A stretch of DNA of 64,000 nucleotides from an uncultured cyanobacterium (lineage in GTDB: Bacteria; Cyanobacteriota; Cyanobacteriia; Cyanobacteriales; Nostocaceae): NCBI GenBank assembly GCA_963706595.1, contig OY970166.1, positions 640,001 through 704,000 of the forward strand, written 5' to 3'. Below the pieces are notes generated by a model. That model saw only the letters and a list, made by a program, of their open reading frames with translations. It ran no database searches and was not told the DNA's origin. Shown in pieces: positions 20,121-31,101 of this stretch (within the stretch, counting starts at the first letter, position 1; each line of letters begins with the position of its first letter). The position numbers were made by a program, and so were the translations under genes.

Positions 20121-20150
20121 CTGGAATCATGATATTCATAAAGTGTCTAA

Positions 20151-20183
20151 AGATCCCCGACTTCTTCAAGAAGTCGGGGATCT
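20151..20183. repeat. Dispersed perfect palindrome (REP-like, possibly a terminator)
   Basis: AGATCCCCGACTTCTT-C-AAGAAGTCGGGGATCT; near-identical copy at ~51549-51578. Confidence 0.7.
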
Positions 20184-20241
20184 GAACCTCTCGGTGGAGA
20201 GCAAATCAGATAGGATTACTATATTAAGTTGATTTATCATA

Positions 20242-21339
20242 TTGGTTATGTCTATTTCACTGAAAGAATTACTTAAATGGTTAATATTAACGTTGCTATT
20301 TCCGTTAGTATTTCTGAATTTTTGGCTAATATTTCTATTTTTAAAGTCATTTCAAGAACTGGTAACAATTTTTATATTGGCTATGCTGCTGGCTTTTATT
20401 TTGAATTATCCTGTGAAGTTTTTTGAAAAAGCTGGTGTTAACCGGAACTATGCAGTTGCCTTAGTATTGATATCTGCCTTGGTAATTTTCGCGGTTTTTG
20501 GTATAGTGTTATTACCTATCATTTTGCCGCAATTCAATGAAATGGTTAAATTACTGCCTCAATGGATTGATGCAAGTGGTGAAAAATTTCAACTTCTGAA
20601 TAACTGGGCTATTAGCCACGGTTTAAATATTAATTTTAGTGAGATTATCAGTGATTTAACAGAGCGTTTACCAAATGAATTGGAGAATATCACAGATAAC
20701 CTTTTCAGTATTTTTATAGAAGCTGTTGATAGTGTTTCTGATATTTTAATTACAGTAGTATTGACTTTTTATATTTTATTAGATGGGCGAAGGATTTGGT
20801 CAGGGATATTTAAAAAATTGCCTTGGAGTTTCACTGAGAAAGTACAACAATCGCTTCAGCAAAATTTTCAAAATTATTTGATTGGTCAGGTAACTTTGGC
20901 CACGCTGATGGGATGTTTATTAACAGTTATATTTTTAGTTTTCCAAGTTAAGTTCGGTTTAATATTCGGTTTGGGTGTGGGAATATTCAGCTTAATTCCC
21001 TTTGGTGATGTTGCTAGTATTAGTTTAATTGCTTTAATTATAGCGACACAGAATTTTTGGTTGGCGGTGAAAATTTTAGCTGTGGCTGTGGTGACTGACC
21101 AATTTATTGACCAGGCGATCGCACCTCGGCTTTTAGGTAGATTTACAGGACTGAGGCCAATATGGGTGTTGGTTGCTTTGTTGCTAGGAACCTATATTGG
21201 CGGGTTGTTGGGATTGTTAATTGCTGTACCCATTGCTGGGTTTATCAAAGATGCCTTAGATGGCTTTTCTCAGTCTGATGATAACGATTTAAAGGCAGAA
21301 ATACCAGAAGTGCTAAATCAGGAAGCAACGTCTTCATAG
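20242..21339 (+). CDS. AI-2E family transporter
   Basis: LAFILNYPV, LTFYILLDG, SLIPFG, IAPRLLG, GGLLGLLIAVP. Confidence 0.9.
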   Translation: MVMSISLKELLKWLILTLLFPLVFLNFWLIFLFLKSFQELVTIFILAMLLAFILNYPVKFFEKAGVNRNYAVALVLISALVIFAVFGIVLLPIILPQFNEMVKLLPQWIDASGEKFQLLNNWAISHGLNINFSEIISDLTERLPNELENITDNLFSIFIEAVDSVSDILITVVLTFYILLDGRRIWSGIFKKLPWSFTEKVQQSLQQNFQNYLIGQVTLATLMGCLLTVIFLVFQVKFGLIFGLGVGIFSLIPFGDVASISLIALIIATQNFWLAVKILAVAVVTDQFIDQAIAPRLLGRFTGLRPIWVLVALLLGTYIGGLLGLLIAVPIAGFIKDALDGFSQSDDNDLKAEIPEVLNQEATSS

Positions 21340-21548
21340 AAAATAACTAAATTATTGGTGGGTGAGGTTTCTAGTCTGCCTGATCCTCGGTCTGAGCAGT
21401 CAGTAGCAGAAATCAGCAGCGACAGAATTGAATAATCACTCAGCATAATGGATACAAGTTATGAAAAGATAGTCAGCCGAAAATTCCAGCCTACATTACT
21501 TCTCAAAAACTCGATTCAGTCTTAGGTCTGAATCTGTCTGCCAAAATG

Positions 21549-22613
21549 TTAAATTCCTTTAAATCCAATTTCTGCTTCTATTTCTTGTTGTGCTGGGGCA
21601 GATTTTATGCTGTCGGGTGTAGGTCTGCGATTATGTTTTTGCCGAATACCAAATTGGCTGATAAATATACCAATTAAAATGACGCTACCGCCTATGTATT
21701 GGGCTAGAGTAGGGGTTTCGCCGAGGACTAAATAAGCTGCTAAAATTCCGGCAATGGGGGTAAATGAGGCGACTAAGGAGGCTACAGAGACAGAGGACTT
21801 TCGCAAACCCTGCACCCAACAGGACTGACCTAAAACTATAATGACTATGCCATATAACAACATCCACTGCCATAGAAAAGGTGAGAATATATCCATAAAA
21901 TGATCGCTACCATAAAGCACTATGGCACTTAAGAAAAAGATCGCCGTTCCCAAGGCAGTGCGAAAGATGCTATAGATTCCTATGGGAATCTGAGAGAGAT
22001 AGTTTTTACTAATGATGGTAGATATGGCTAGGGCTACTGATGCGATCGCCGTTAAAATTTCCCCTAATCCTAAATTAAAACCACCAATGTTCATCATGTC
22101 CTGTGCTGGTGGCTGAAGAAAGATAGCCAGGATTACACCCATAAAGGCGGCGATCGCACCCACAACTTCCCAAATATTTACCCGTTCCCGCAACAACCAA
22201 AAGGATAAAGCTAAAATCAATGGGGGTTCCAATCTCCCCACCAAAATAATATTATTCACCTCAGTTAACTCCAAGGCTTGGAAAATTAAACTGGGAGCAA
22301 TAGCACCCGCAAGAATGGCTACCACAATCAAAATTAACCAATTCTTCCGGGATATTTGCCTCAAAATTGCTTTGTTCCACTGTCGCCCATAGATCAACAT
22401 CAGAACCATTAAACCGCAGAAGTTCCCCACAAATAAAACGTTACACAATGAAATCGGATTGCGACCATCTATTAAGTTTTGAGAACCAATTTCTGTCAGC
22501 TTGCGAGTAACTGTACCAGATCCGCCAAAAATCAAGATTGCTAGCCAGAGATAGGCTGCTCCGGGAATATTGGAGATGGAACCGTACCACTTTTTTTGAT
22601 TAGCCACAATCAC
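21549..22613 (-). CDS. DMT/EamA family transporter
   Basis: About 10 TM helices in two EamA-like halves; LLRER, LVLGE. Confidence 0.88.
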   Translation of the reverse strand: MIVANQKKWYGSISNIPGAAYLWLAILIFGGSGTVTRKLTEIGSQNLIDGRNPISLCNVLFVGNFCGLMVLMLIYGRQWNKAILRQISRKNWLILIVVAILAGAIAPSLIFQALELTEVNNIILVGRLEPPLILALSFWLLRERVNIWEVVGAIAAFMGVILAIFLQPPAQDMMNIGGFNLGLGEILTAIASVALAISTIISKNYLSQIPIGIYSIFRTALGTAIFFLSAIVLYGSDHFMDIFSPFLWQWMLLYGIVIIVLGQSCWVQGLRKSSVSVASLVASFTPIAGILAAYLVLGETPTLAQYIGGSVILIGIFISQFGIRQKHNRRPTPDSIKSAPAQQEIEAEIGFKGI

Positions 22614-22796
22614 ACCACGGTAATGAAAACGCTGCTAATCATACTAGAGTTTGCAAATTACGTCTAGGTGAGTACGGATAAAGGTTAGCATTAACTAGAG
22701 GAGTCCAGATGCCCAGCCCAAAAAAGCTATTTATTCTGAATTAAGCTGCTGTAATCGTTGTAGAATTAGTCCTTTAGATATAGGAGGGCAAAACAG

Positions 22797-24149
22797 ATGA
22801 CTCGTGTCATCATCGTGCGCCACGGACAAAGCAGCTATAATACCGAGCGGCGAATCCAAGGACGCACCGACGTGTCAAGATTAACAGAGAAAGGTTGTGC
22901 TGATGCTAGTAAAGTAGGAAAAGTTCTCAGCAATATTTCATTTAATGCTATTTATAGCAGTCCTCTCCAGCGAGCCAAAAAAACCGCCGAGATTATCTAT
23001 AGTGAGTTAGCACCTGATTCTAAACAGTCTGTTGCGCCGCAAATTTCCGAGCAGTTGATGGAAATTGATTTGCCTTTGTGGGCAGAAATGCTCAGTGCTG
23101 ATGTCAAGGAAAAGTTTACCGAAGACTACCGCACCTGGAAAGAACGTCCCCATGAACTGCAAATGTTGGTGAAGGATGGAGAAGGGACAAAAGAACATTT
23201 TCCTGTGCTGGCTATCTATCAACAGGCTCGGTCATTTTGGCAAGAAATTTTGTCACGTCATCAAGGAGAAACTATCCTGATTGTGGGGCATAACGGCATT
23301 AATCGCGCCCTAATCAGTACAGCCTTGGGCATTCCCCCTAGTCGCTACCATTGCATACAGCAATCTAACTGTTGCATTAGTGTATTGAATTTTGCTGGTG
23401 GTTTGGGGGAACCAGTGCAACTAGAATCAATGAATCAGACGCAACATCTGGGAGAGACTTTTCCTTCCTTGCGACCGAATCATCAAGGAGTAAGATTGTT
23501 GTTGGTACGTCATGGTGAAACTGAATGGAATCGCCAAACCAGATTTCAAGGACAAATTGATATCCCCTTGAATGATAATGGTAGAAAACAGGCGCAAACT
23601 GCCGGCGAATTTCTGCAAGATGTGGAAATTGACTTTGCTGTTAGTAGTTCTATGTTGCGCCCAAAAGAAACAGCAGAACTGATATTAAGTCACCATCCTA
23701 GTGTAAATTTAGAATTACAAGATGGTTTAAGAGAAATCAGTCACGGACTTTGGGAAGGAAAATTAGAAAAAGAGATAGAGCAAGAATATCCCGGAGATTT
23801 GCAGCGCTGGCGAGTTGTACCAGCAGAAGTACAAATGCCGGAAGGGGAAAATTTGCAGCAGGTTTGGGAGCGTAGTGTAGCAGCTTGGCAATCAATTGTA
23901 CAAGCGGCGTTAACAAGTCAACTCAAAATTGGATTAATCGTGGCTCACGATGCGACTAACAAAACTTTGTTGTGTCACGTTCTGGGTTTATCAACAGAAA
24001 ACTTCTGGAATTTCCGCCAAGGTAATGGTGCAGTTAGCGTTATCGATTACCCCTCTGGACTAAATGGTTTACCAGTGCTACAAGCAATGAACATTACCAG
24101 TCATTTGAGTGGAGGCGTACTAGATAAAACTGCTGCTGGAGCTTTGTAA
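22797..24149 (+). CDS. Tandem histidine phosphatase (phosphoserine phosphatase-like)
   Basis: Two RHG domains (IVRHGQSSYN...RIQG; LVRHGETEWN...RFQG). Confidence 0.9.
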   Translation: MTRVIIVRHGQSSYNTERRIQGRTDVSRLTEKGCADASKVGKVLSNISFNAIYSSPLQRAKKTAEIIYSELAPDSKQSVAPQISEQLMEIDLPLWAEMLSADVKEKFTEDYRTWKERPHELQMLVKDGEGTKEHFPVLAIYQQARSFWQEILSRHQGETILIVGHNGINRALISTALGIPPSRYHCIQQSNCCISVLNFAGGLGEPVQLESMNQTQHLGETFPSLRPNHQGVRLLLVRHGETEWNRQTRFQGQIDIPLNDNGRKQAQTAGEFLQDVEIDFAVSSSMLRPKETAELILSHHPSVNLELQDGLREISHGLWEGKLEKEIEQEYPGDLQRWRVVPAEVQMPEGENLQQVWERSVAAWQSIVQAALTSQLKIGLIVAHDATNKTLLCHVLGLSTENFWNFRQGNGAVSVIDYPSGLNGLPVLQAMNITSHLSGGVLDKTAAGAL

Positions 24150-24230
24150 AAAAGCAAAAATGAAAATCAAACCACAGATACACATAAATAAATATTGATA
24201 ATTTATCTGTGTCCATCTGTGGTCATAAAT

Positions 24231-24331
24231 CAATCCGGTTCAGTTAAGGGTAGATGAGGTAAAAAACCCAAATCAAAGAATTAAACATCTGGATTTATCG
24301 GCGGTTAATTATTCTGATCTGAACCATATTG
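24231..24331. mobile_element. MITE remnant with a degenerate 10-bp target duplication
   Basis: TIRs CAATCCGGTTCAG / CTGAACCATATTG; flanks ggtcataaat and ggttacaaat (8/10). Confidence 0.6.
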
Positions 24332-24357
24332 GGTTACAAATAATAAGTTCAAATTTT

Positions 24358-25614
24358 ATGGCGGAACTGCTACAACAAGTAAGGGTAATTAATCCAGGTT
24401 TAGAAACTGACCAAATAGCTGATGTCCTCATAGCTGATGGTAAAATACAAGCTGTTGCCACACAGATTTCTGATATTAGTGCTGATACTCAAATTAAAGA
24501 TTGTCGGGGATTAATTCTCGGTACTGGGTTAGTAGATTTGTATAGTCATTCCAGCGAACCAGGATTTGAAGAACGAGAAACTTTATCATCTCTATTAGAA
24601 GGTGCTGCTGCTGGCGGTTTTACGAGGGTGAATATTTTACCTGATACGTCTCCAGTTATTGATCATCCGGCGATTGTGGCACAGTTGCAGCAGAAGGCTG
24701 GGACAATGGGGAATATACCCCATGTTCATGTTTGGGGTGCGATGACTCTGGATTTGGCTGGAAAGCAATTGACGGAATTAGCAGATTTAGCGACTGCTGG
24801 TGTGGTGGGTTTTACAGATGGTAAGCCTTGGGAAAATTTAGGGTTTGTGCGGCGGGTTCTGGAGTATCTGCAACCTTTTGGGAAACCTGTAGCATTTTGG
24901 CCATGCGATCGCCTATTATCAGCCAATGGAGTCATGCGTGAAGGTACAGAAGCCCTGCGTTTGGGTTTACCACCAATTCCAGCCAGTGCCGAAACCAGTG
25001 CGATCGCTTCTTTGCTAGAATTAGTCGCAGCCACGGGTACGCCAGTCCATATCATGCGTGTCTCTACAGCTCGCAGTGTGGAACTCATCGCCTCAGCTAA
25101 GGCTGCGGGTTTACCCATCACCGCCAGCACGACTTGGATGCATTTGTTGCTTGACACTACAGCAATTAAGAGTTATAATACCAGCCTGCATTTAGATCCA
25201 CCTTTAGGTAATGCCAGTGATGTTGAGGCTTTGCGTGCAGGAGTAAAAGCAGGTGTGATCGATGCGATCGCCATAGATCATGCAGCTTATAGCTATGAGG
25301 AGAAAGTGCAAGCTTTTGCGGAATCGCCTCCTGGAGCAATTGGTTTTGAGTTAGCATTGCCCTTGTTATGGCAGAATTTAGTAGAAACTGGGAAATTTAC
25401 AGCTTTGGAATTATGGCAAGCTTTAAGCACTGAACCAGCAAGATGTTTGCAACAGCAACCGAGTACAATTACTCCTGAGCAAAAAGCCGAACTTACTTTA
25501 TTTAACCCCCAGGAAATATGGAAGGTGGAAAAGAAAAATCTTTGTACACTTTCTCATAATACCCCTTGGCTAGGACAAGAAATCAAAGGTCGGGTTATGC
25601 AAATTTGGAATTAA
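24358..25614 (+). CDS. pyrC: Dihydroorotase-like protein (probably the non-catalytic type)
   Basis: Amidohydrolase fold: EPGFEERETL, AAAGGFT, LDPPL, IAIDHA, GRV. The metal-binding DxHxH is replaced by DLYSH. Confidence 0.8.
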   Translation: MAELLQQVRVINPGLETDQIADVLIADGKIQAVATQISDISADTQIKDCRGLILGTGLVDLYSHSSEPGFEERETLSSLLEGAAAGGFTRVNILPDTSPVIDHPAIVAQLQQKAGTMGNIPHVHVWGAMTLDLAGKQLTELADLATAGVVGFTDGKPWENLGFVRRVLEYLQPFGKPVAFWPCDRLLSANGVMREGTEALRLGLPPIPASAETSAIASLLELVAATGTPVHIMRVSTARSVELIASAKAAGLPITASTTWMHLLLDTTAIKSYNTSLHLDPPLGNASDVEALRAGVKAGVIDAIAIDHAAYSYEEKVQAFAESPPGAIGFELALPLLWQNLVETGKFTALELWQALSTEPARCLQQQPSTITPEQKAELTLFNPQEIWKVEKKNLCTLSHNTPWLGQEIKGRVMQIWN

Positions 25615-25637
25615 TCAGAAATTTTGTAGAGACGTTT

Positions 25638-25743
25638 TATAGTGGTTATTTGTTAAATGAGAGACAAGAACCCCACCCCCAACCCCCTCCCCGCAAGCGA
25701 GGAGGGGGATATGATGCAATTCATTGAAGTGCATACCGCTATA
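25638..25743 (-). mobile_element. 106-bp MITE (TATAGCGGT family)
   Basis: TATAGTGGT...ACCGCTATA ends; inverted copy of 47249..47354. Confidence 0.75.
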
Positions 25744-25801
25744 TTGAAGAACCCTTGTAGAGACGTTCCATGGAACGTCTCTACATTCTACTAATAACTA
25801 T

Positions 25802-26776
25802 TTACTCTTCTACTCGATAGCCTAACTCAGCTAAAGTCAGGCGCGATTGTCGCCATTTGGGTTGGACTTTTACGAACAATTCTAGGTAAACTTTACCAGC
25901 AATCAGCTTTTGAATTTGTTCGCGGGCTTCGCTACCGATGGCTTTAAGCATTGAACCACCTTTACCAATGAGAATACCTTTTTGGGAATCTCTTTCTACG
26001 TGGATGGTTGCAAGTATACGGGTAATGGTGGGTGCTTCATCGACTCTATCAATCGCGATCGCCACTGAATGCGGAACTTCTTCGCGTGTCAAGAATAAAA
26101 TCTGTTCGCGAATCAATTCACCCATGATAAAACGTTCCGGTTGGTCAGTTACCAAGTCGGGGGGATAGTAAAACGGCCCGGTTTCTAAATCTTCAATTAA
26201 TAACTCTTGCAGTTCTGGTAATCCTGCACTCGTCTGGGCGGAAAATTTGACTATCGGCCATTTATGAGCTTCAGCTACAGTTCGGTAACTATAATCAATT
26301 ACCTCAAAATTTGGGGGTTGTTGGTCAATTTTATTCAAACCCAAAATTACTGGAGTTTTAGTCCGAGTCAGCAAATCGACAATAAAGCGATCGCCTGCAC
26401 CACAAGCTACTGACCCATCTACCACAAACAGGATCACATCTACTGCATCAATGGCATTTTTAGCATTTCTTACCAGTACTTCTCCCAATTGATGATGGGG
26501 TTTGTGAATTCCTGGTGTATCTACAAAAATTAACTGCGCCTCTGGCGTAGTTAAAATCCCTCGCAAACGATTGCGTGTAGTTTGTGCTACGGAAGATGTG
26601 ATCGCAATTTTTTGCCCTACTAATTGATTCATCAAAGTAGATTTACCGACATTTGGGCGACCAATAATGCCGACAAAACCTGATTTAAATTCAGGAGGAG
26701 CCTGGGGGATAGATGCTTCTCCTGAAAAAGAGAAGATGTTATGATCAATACTAGTCACCTTTAGCTCCACCGTCAT
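25802..26776 (-). CDS. era: GTPase Era
   Basis: GRPNVGKSTL, QTTR, DTPG, NKID, EEVPH, KH-domain ILIGKGG. Confidence 0.97.
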   Translation of the reverse strand: MTVELKVTSIDHNIFSFSGEASIPQAPPEFKSGFVGIIGRPNVGKSTLMNQLVGQKIAITSSVAQTTRNRLRGILTTPEAQLIFVDTPGIHKPHHQLGEVLVRNAKNAIDAVDVILFVVDGSVACGAGDRFIVDLLTRTKTPVILGLNKIDQQPPNFEVIDYSYRTVAEAHKWPIVKFSAQTSAGLPELQELLIEDLETGPFYYPPDLVTDQPERFIMGELIREQILFLTREEVPHSVAIAIDRVDEAPTITRILATIHVERDSQKGILIGKGGSMLKAIGSEAREQIQKLIAGKVYLELFVKVQPKWRQSRLTLAELGYRVEE

Positions 26777-26986
26777 ATATTACAGATCAGATCAGTTGAT
26801 TCTTGTCTCAGATACGCAACAAACATAATTTAACCCTGGCACTTTGAGGGACTGCCCTTATTTAAGTTTAATCTACTAGTGACGTACTTAGAAATATCCT
26901 CTAGTATAAGATGTAGATTGCGGCGCTGCCATGATCATTTATTATTTAAAATTTTTGGGCATTTTTTTCTAAGTATAAAAAACAAT

Positions 26987-28114
26987 TTACTGAATAATTG
27001 CCAAGACAAACTCACCTTGATTTACAGCTTCATTGGTGGAAACATTGTACACAAATCCATTTTCTTCCGCACAGATATCAATTACAGTTGGTAATTTTGT
27101 CTCTTTATTAAAGCTGATAATTTGATATAATATATCTCCAGTCTGGATATTACTACCTAATTCAACTCTAGATTGAATCATCCCACCTGCGATCGCATAA
27201 TATTTTTTTCTTTTGCTACTAGCTGCAAACTTCATTTTCTGGGATTTTGCAACTAAAGACAAATCTGAAATTTGCAACACATTTTTTTGAATTAAATAGT
27301 TTTTCACACCCTGAACACCTTTGGCGACTGAATCCGGCTTCATCTGCATTCCTGCGCCTAATTCCAATGTCCAAGCTTCTAGATCAAATTGGATGTTTCT
27401 TCCAAGTTGTTGAAAACAAGCTGATAAAGCTAACCAAGGTTTGATAAAAGCTTCATCAAAAGCATCACCATCATATTTGTCGAGTAAAATCCCGAAGTCG
27501 AAGAGAAAGTATTTAGCACTTTCTGACTGATTAAGAAAGTAATAAAGGTAGTTTAAGCCTTGATCTGTCGAACTGTGTAAATCAATTAAGTAGTCTGCAT
27601 CTAAACTCAGAGATTGTAGTTGATAGCGAAACCGTTCTGTGTAAGGTACACTACTAGAAGAATTAATCTTTGTGGAAATTGCCGTAAATTTTTGCTGGAT
27701 TTTCGTCAGATAATTTTGGCGCACGTTTTCTTGATTAACATAAAGTTGCGATTTCGCAAAAGCCAGTAAATCATCAGCCTCTTTCTCATAGTCCCAAAAA
27801 ATCCGGTTCCAGTCTTTAGCTTCATAAACACAAAATCGCCCAGGGGAAAAAGTATGAGAACGTTCATTAGTTCCCATCGGATTACAAACAGGAACCAGCC
27901 AGATTTCCCCCTTTAAATCAGTATCATTGATGGTGAGCAAAAATTCTATGAGTTGATGAATAACTGCATTACCAGCAATTTCTGCGCCATGTAAGTTAGA
28001 TTGAATGTAAACCTTTTTACCGGAATTAGCGCCAATGAATTTGTAAACTTGCAGAAACAGGCGATCGCCTGAAGCCATTTGACGCAGAAAAATTGTTTCA
28101 ATCACAGGAAGCAT
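26987..28114 (-). CDS. Succinylglutamate desuccinylase/aspartoacylase (M14) family protein
   Basis: LHGAEIAG, VPVCNP, DWNR, IDLHS, TLELG. Confidence 0.88.
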   Translation of the reverse strand: MLPVIETIFLRQMASGDRLFLQVYKFIGANSGKKVYIQSNLHGAEIAGNAVIHQLIEFLLTINDTDLKGEIWLVPVCNPMGTNERSHTFSPGRFCVYEAKDWNRIFWDYEKEADDLLAFAKSQLYVNQENVRQNYLTKIQQKFTAISTKINSSSSVPYTERFRYQLQSLSLDADYLIDLHSSTDQGLNYLYYFLNQSESAKYFLFDFGILLDKYDGDAFDEAFIKPWLALSACFQQLGRNIQFDLEAWTLELGAGMQMKPDSVAKGVQGVKNYLIQKNVLQISDLSLVAKSQKMKFAASSKRKKYYAIAGGMIQSRVELGSNIQTGDILYQIISFNKETKLPTVIDICAEENGFVYNVSTNEAVNQGEFVLAIIQ

Positions 28115-28226
28115 AAAAAAATGGCTGATGATTTAATTAGATATTATACAAATCTCAATCATCCCCAGCAAAACCAGATCGTGTTAAATTAAACTCCAAA
28201 AGTTAACCTGTATTAGGAAGCATAAT

Positions 28227-28332
28227 TAAGGCGATATCCACTTCAATGAAGTACATCATAGCCCCCTCCTCGCTTGCGGGGAGGGGGTTGGGGGTGGGGT
28301 TCTTGTATCTCACTTAACTGATAACCGCTATA
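28227..28332 (+). mobile_element. MITE copy (TATAGCGGT family) with an altered left end
   Basis: Nearly identical to 47249..47354 over ~93 bp; ends ACCGCTATA. Confidence 0.75.
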
Positions 28333-28379
28333 AGGCGATCGCTCATATTATTGAATCACTTACTCACACACTCAAAACA

Positions 28380-29777
28380 ATGACAATCACAGCCATCAAT
28401 CCCTATCTCAATCACAACTTTGCGCCCATCCGGGAAGAAATCACCACCGATCCCCTCAAAGTCATAGGTGAATTACCCGCCAACCTATCGGGGATGTTTG
28501 TCCGCAATGGTCCCAATCCCCAATGGTCGCCGATTGGACAGTATCACTGGTTTGACGGCGATGGGATGTTACACGGTGTGAGGATTAGCAACGGCCAAGC
28601 CACTTACAGCAATCGCTATGTGCAAACCAGAGGATGGAAAATCGAACAAGCCGCAGGTAAAGCCCTCTGGTCTGGGATATTTGAACCACCGCAGATAGAT
28701 AATCCTCATGGTGGATCTAAAAACACTGCTAATACAGCCCTAATTTGGCACGCTGGTCAGATGTTAGCACTCAATGAAGGCGGTGCGCCTCACGCGATCA
28801 AACTTCCTGATTTACAGACTATTGGTGAATATACTTATAATAATCAGCTAGCTTCTGCCTTTACCGCCCATCCCAAGGTAGACCCCAAGACTGGTGAAAT
28901 GAGATTCTTTGGTTACTCATTTACCCCACCATACCTGCAATACAGCATAGTTTCAGCCACAGGTGAAATAGTGCAGACAGTGCCAATTGACCTGCCAATG
29001 GGAGTGATGATGCATGATTTTGCCATCACGGAAAATTTTACAATCTTTATGGATTTACCCCTGACATTCAGTCCAGAAAGACTACAACGGGGAGAACCGC
29101 CGATGATGTTTGAGTGCGATCGCCCCAGTAGATTTGGGATTATCCCCCGTCATGGCGACAACAGTAATATCCGATGGTTTGAAAGTCCTCCTTGCTACGT
29201 CTTCCATACCCTCAACGCCTACGAAGAGCAAGATGAAATAGTCCTCATCGCCTGTCGCATGAGTTCCACCACAGTCTTGAAAGCTGATGATTCCCAAATC
29301 GACCCAGACGCAGATATTCCCCGTTTACATCGCTGGCGATTTAACCTCAGCACGGGGAACGTGCGCGAAGAAATGTTAGACGATGTACCGGCGGAATTTC
29401 CCCGGATTAACGAAAACCTCTTGGGGCAACGAACACAATACGGTTATGCTGGGAGAATGAGCAAAGGTTCCTTACCTCTATTCGACGGTTTAATTAAATA
29501 CGACCTGAATAATCACAAATCCCAAACCCATGAGTTTGGACAGGGACGTTATGGCGGCGAAGCTGTATTTGCCCCCAGTCTTGGTGGTACAACTGAAGAT
29601 GATGGTTGGTTAGTGACTTTTGTCTACGATGAGAATACAGAAACTTCCGAACTGGTAGTGGTAAATGCCCAAGATGTCAGCGCCGAACCTGTAGCGCGGG
29701 TACTAATTCCGCAAAGAGTACCCTATGGCTTCCACGGGAGTTGGGTTTCTGAACAACAGTTGAATAGTTGTATATAA
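28380..29777 (+). CDS. Carotenoid cleavage oxygenase family protein
   Basis: RNGPNP, HWFDGDG, FTAHPK, MMHDF, VFH, EFPRIN, PYGFHG (four Fe-binding His). Confidence 0.93.
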   Translation: MTITAINPYLNHNFAPIREEITTDPLKVIGELPANLSGMFVRNGPNPQWSPIGQYHWFDGDGMLHGVRISNGQATYSNRYVQTRGWKIEQAAGKALWSGIFEPPQIDNPHGGSKNTANTALIWHAGQMLALNEGGAPHAIKLPDLQTIGEYTYNNQLASAFTAHPKVDPKTGEMRFFGYSFTPPYLQYSIVSATGEIVQTVPIDLPMGVMMHDFAITENFTIFMDLPLTFSPERLQRGEPPMMFECDRPSRFGIIPRHGDNSNIRWFESPPCYVFHTLNAYEEQDEIVLIACRMSSTTVLKADDSQIDPDADIPRLHRWRFNLSTGNVREEMLDDVPAEFPRINENLLGQRTQYGYAGRMSKGSLPLFDGLIKYDLNNHKSQTHEFGQGRYGGEAVFAPSLGGTTEDDGWLVTFVYDENTETSELVVVNAQDVSAEPVARVLIPQRVPYGFHGSWVSEQQLNSCI

Positions 29778-29898
29778 TATTGCTAACCTTGCTGTAAATA
29801 TTCAGTAGATTCACTCCTACTGCATGGGGATAAGTAGCTTGATAATTGCTGCTTACTTATCTCCCATATCTGTTCCTATCATCGGCGGTTACATACCT

Positions 29899-30999
29899 CT
29901 AAAATCCCAAGTTTCTCAAATTATTATTATTTTGAAATCTACCTCTATTCTGTGCTGGTGTTTGAGGAGAATTTGGGGAATTAGGCTGCATCTGTTCAGT
30001 AGGCGATCGCCAGATTAAATTACCATTCTGATCAGCGACAACTGGGGAGATTGGTCTAGCATTATTTGGACTTGGAGGCTCCAGAGAATAGGGCGCAGCA
30101 TTAGTTTCGATACCAGTTTGTATCCCAGAGGTAACAGGTGAGATCACGGGTGTGGGCTGTACAGGGCTAGGTAATGACTGGATGCTATTGACATTATTAA
30201 AAGAGTTTAGCGGTTGGCTATTTGGTATAGCTACAGTTGGTGGAATACCAGTCGCAGCATTGAACCCAGTTTTAGGAGGAGTCTGCATTATTCCACCAGC
30301 AGAAGTTTGACCTAAAGAATTGATTTGATTTGCAGTCTCACCATTTAAAACAGACAAATTTTGCTGACTTGATGGGTTAAGTGGTGATTGAGAAAAACCC
30401 ATTGAGTCAGTATTTTGACTATTGTCGGTTTGATTAACGCCAATACCCGATATTCCTGTTGCTGTTGGTTGAGAAGAAGCTGTCAAAGAGCTGATACCTA
30501 ACGACTGATTACCAATATTAAACGTCCCCGACTGCAATAAATTTTCAGCTTCGGAAACAAAAGGATTCTTCACCGGATTTGGGGAAGTAATATTCAATGT
30601 GCTGAGTTCGGAACTGGATGCTGCACTGTTAGCAGACTGTTGTTTGTTAACTTCCTTGGGTGAATTGTCTTGATTATTAGCCTGAAAAGTTACAGGCGGA
30701 ATAGTCGCGGTGATCGGCAAATTTCCCTGTTCCAAATCCTCAAACAAAGCTGGTAAATTGTCAATATCTGCAACAATAGCTCTATCTTCTGCCGAAAGAT
30801 CAGAATTATCAGACTGGACAGCAGTAACTTCTTCGTTTTGGTTGTAAGTCAAAATATTTGGGTTAAACCAGTATTCCCGAATTACCAGCCCAATCACAGA
30901 TAAAAAAATTGCTGTCACCCAAAAACTAGGTTTGGCTAAATTCAGCAATCTGGCTTTGAAATAACGTAAATAGGCGGGGGGGTAATGACGATTTGGCAT
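29899..30999 (-). CDS. Hypothetical protein (N-terminal TM, low-complexity S/N/P/Q-rich body)
   Basis: 366-aa ORF with one TM segment followed by AIVADIDNL. Confidence 0.75.
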   Translation of the reverse strand: MPNRHYPPAYLRYFKARLLNLAKPSFWVTAIFLSVIGLVIREYWFNPNILTYNQNEEVTAVQSDNSDLSAEDRAIVADIDNLPALFEDLEQGNLPITATIPPVTFQANNQDNSPKEVNKQQSANSAASSSELSTLNITSPNPVKNPFVSEAENLLQSGTFNIGNQSLGISSLTASSQPTATGISGIGVNQTDNSQNTDSMGFSQSPLNPSSQQNLSVLNGETANQINSLGQTSAGGIMQTPPKTGFNAATGIPPTVAIPNSQPLNSFNNVNSIQSLPSPVQPTPVISPVTSGIQTGIETNAAPYSLEPPSPNNARPISPVVADQNGNLIWRSPTEQMQPNSPNSPQTPAQNRGRFQNNNNLRNLGF

Positions 31000-31101
31000 A
31001 AATAAATATCTATGATCAAGGACTACAATTTACAAGACCTTAGAGCATTTTACCCTGACGGGAGATTTCAATCCTGATCTTGATCAATTCCCCCAACTTA
31101 C

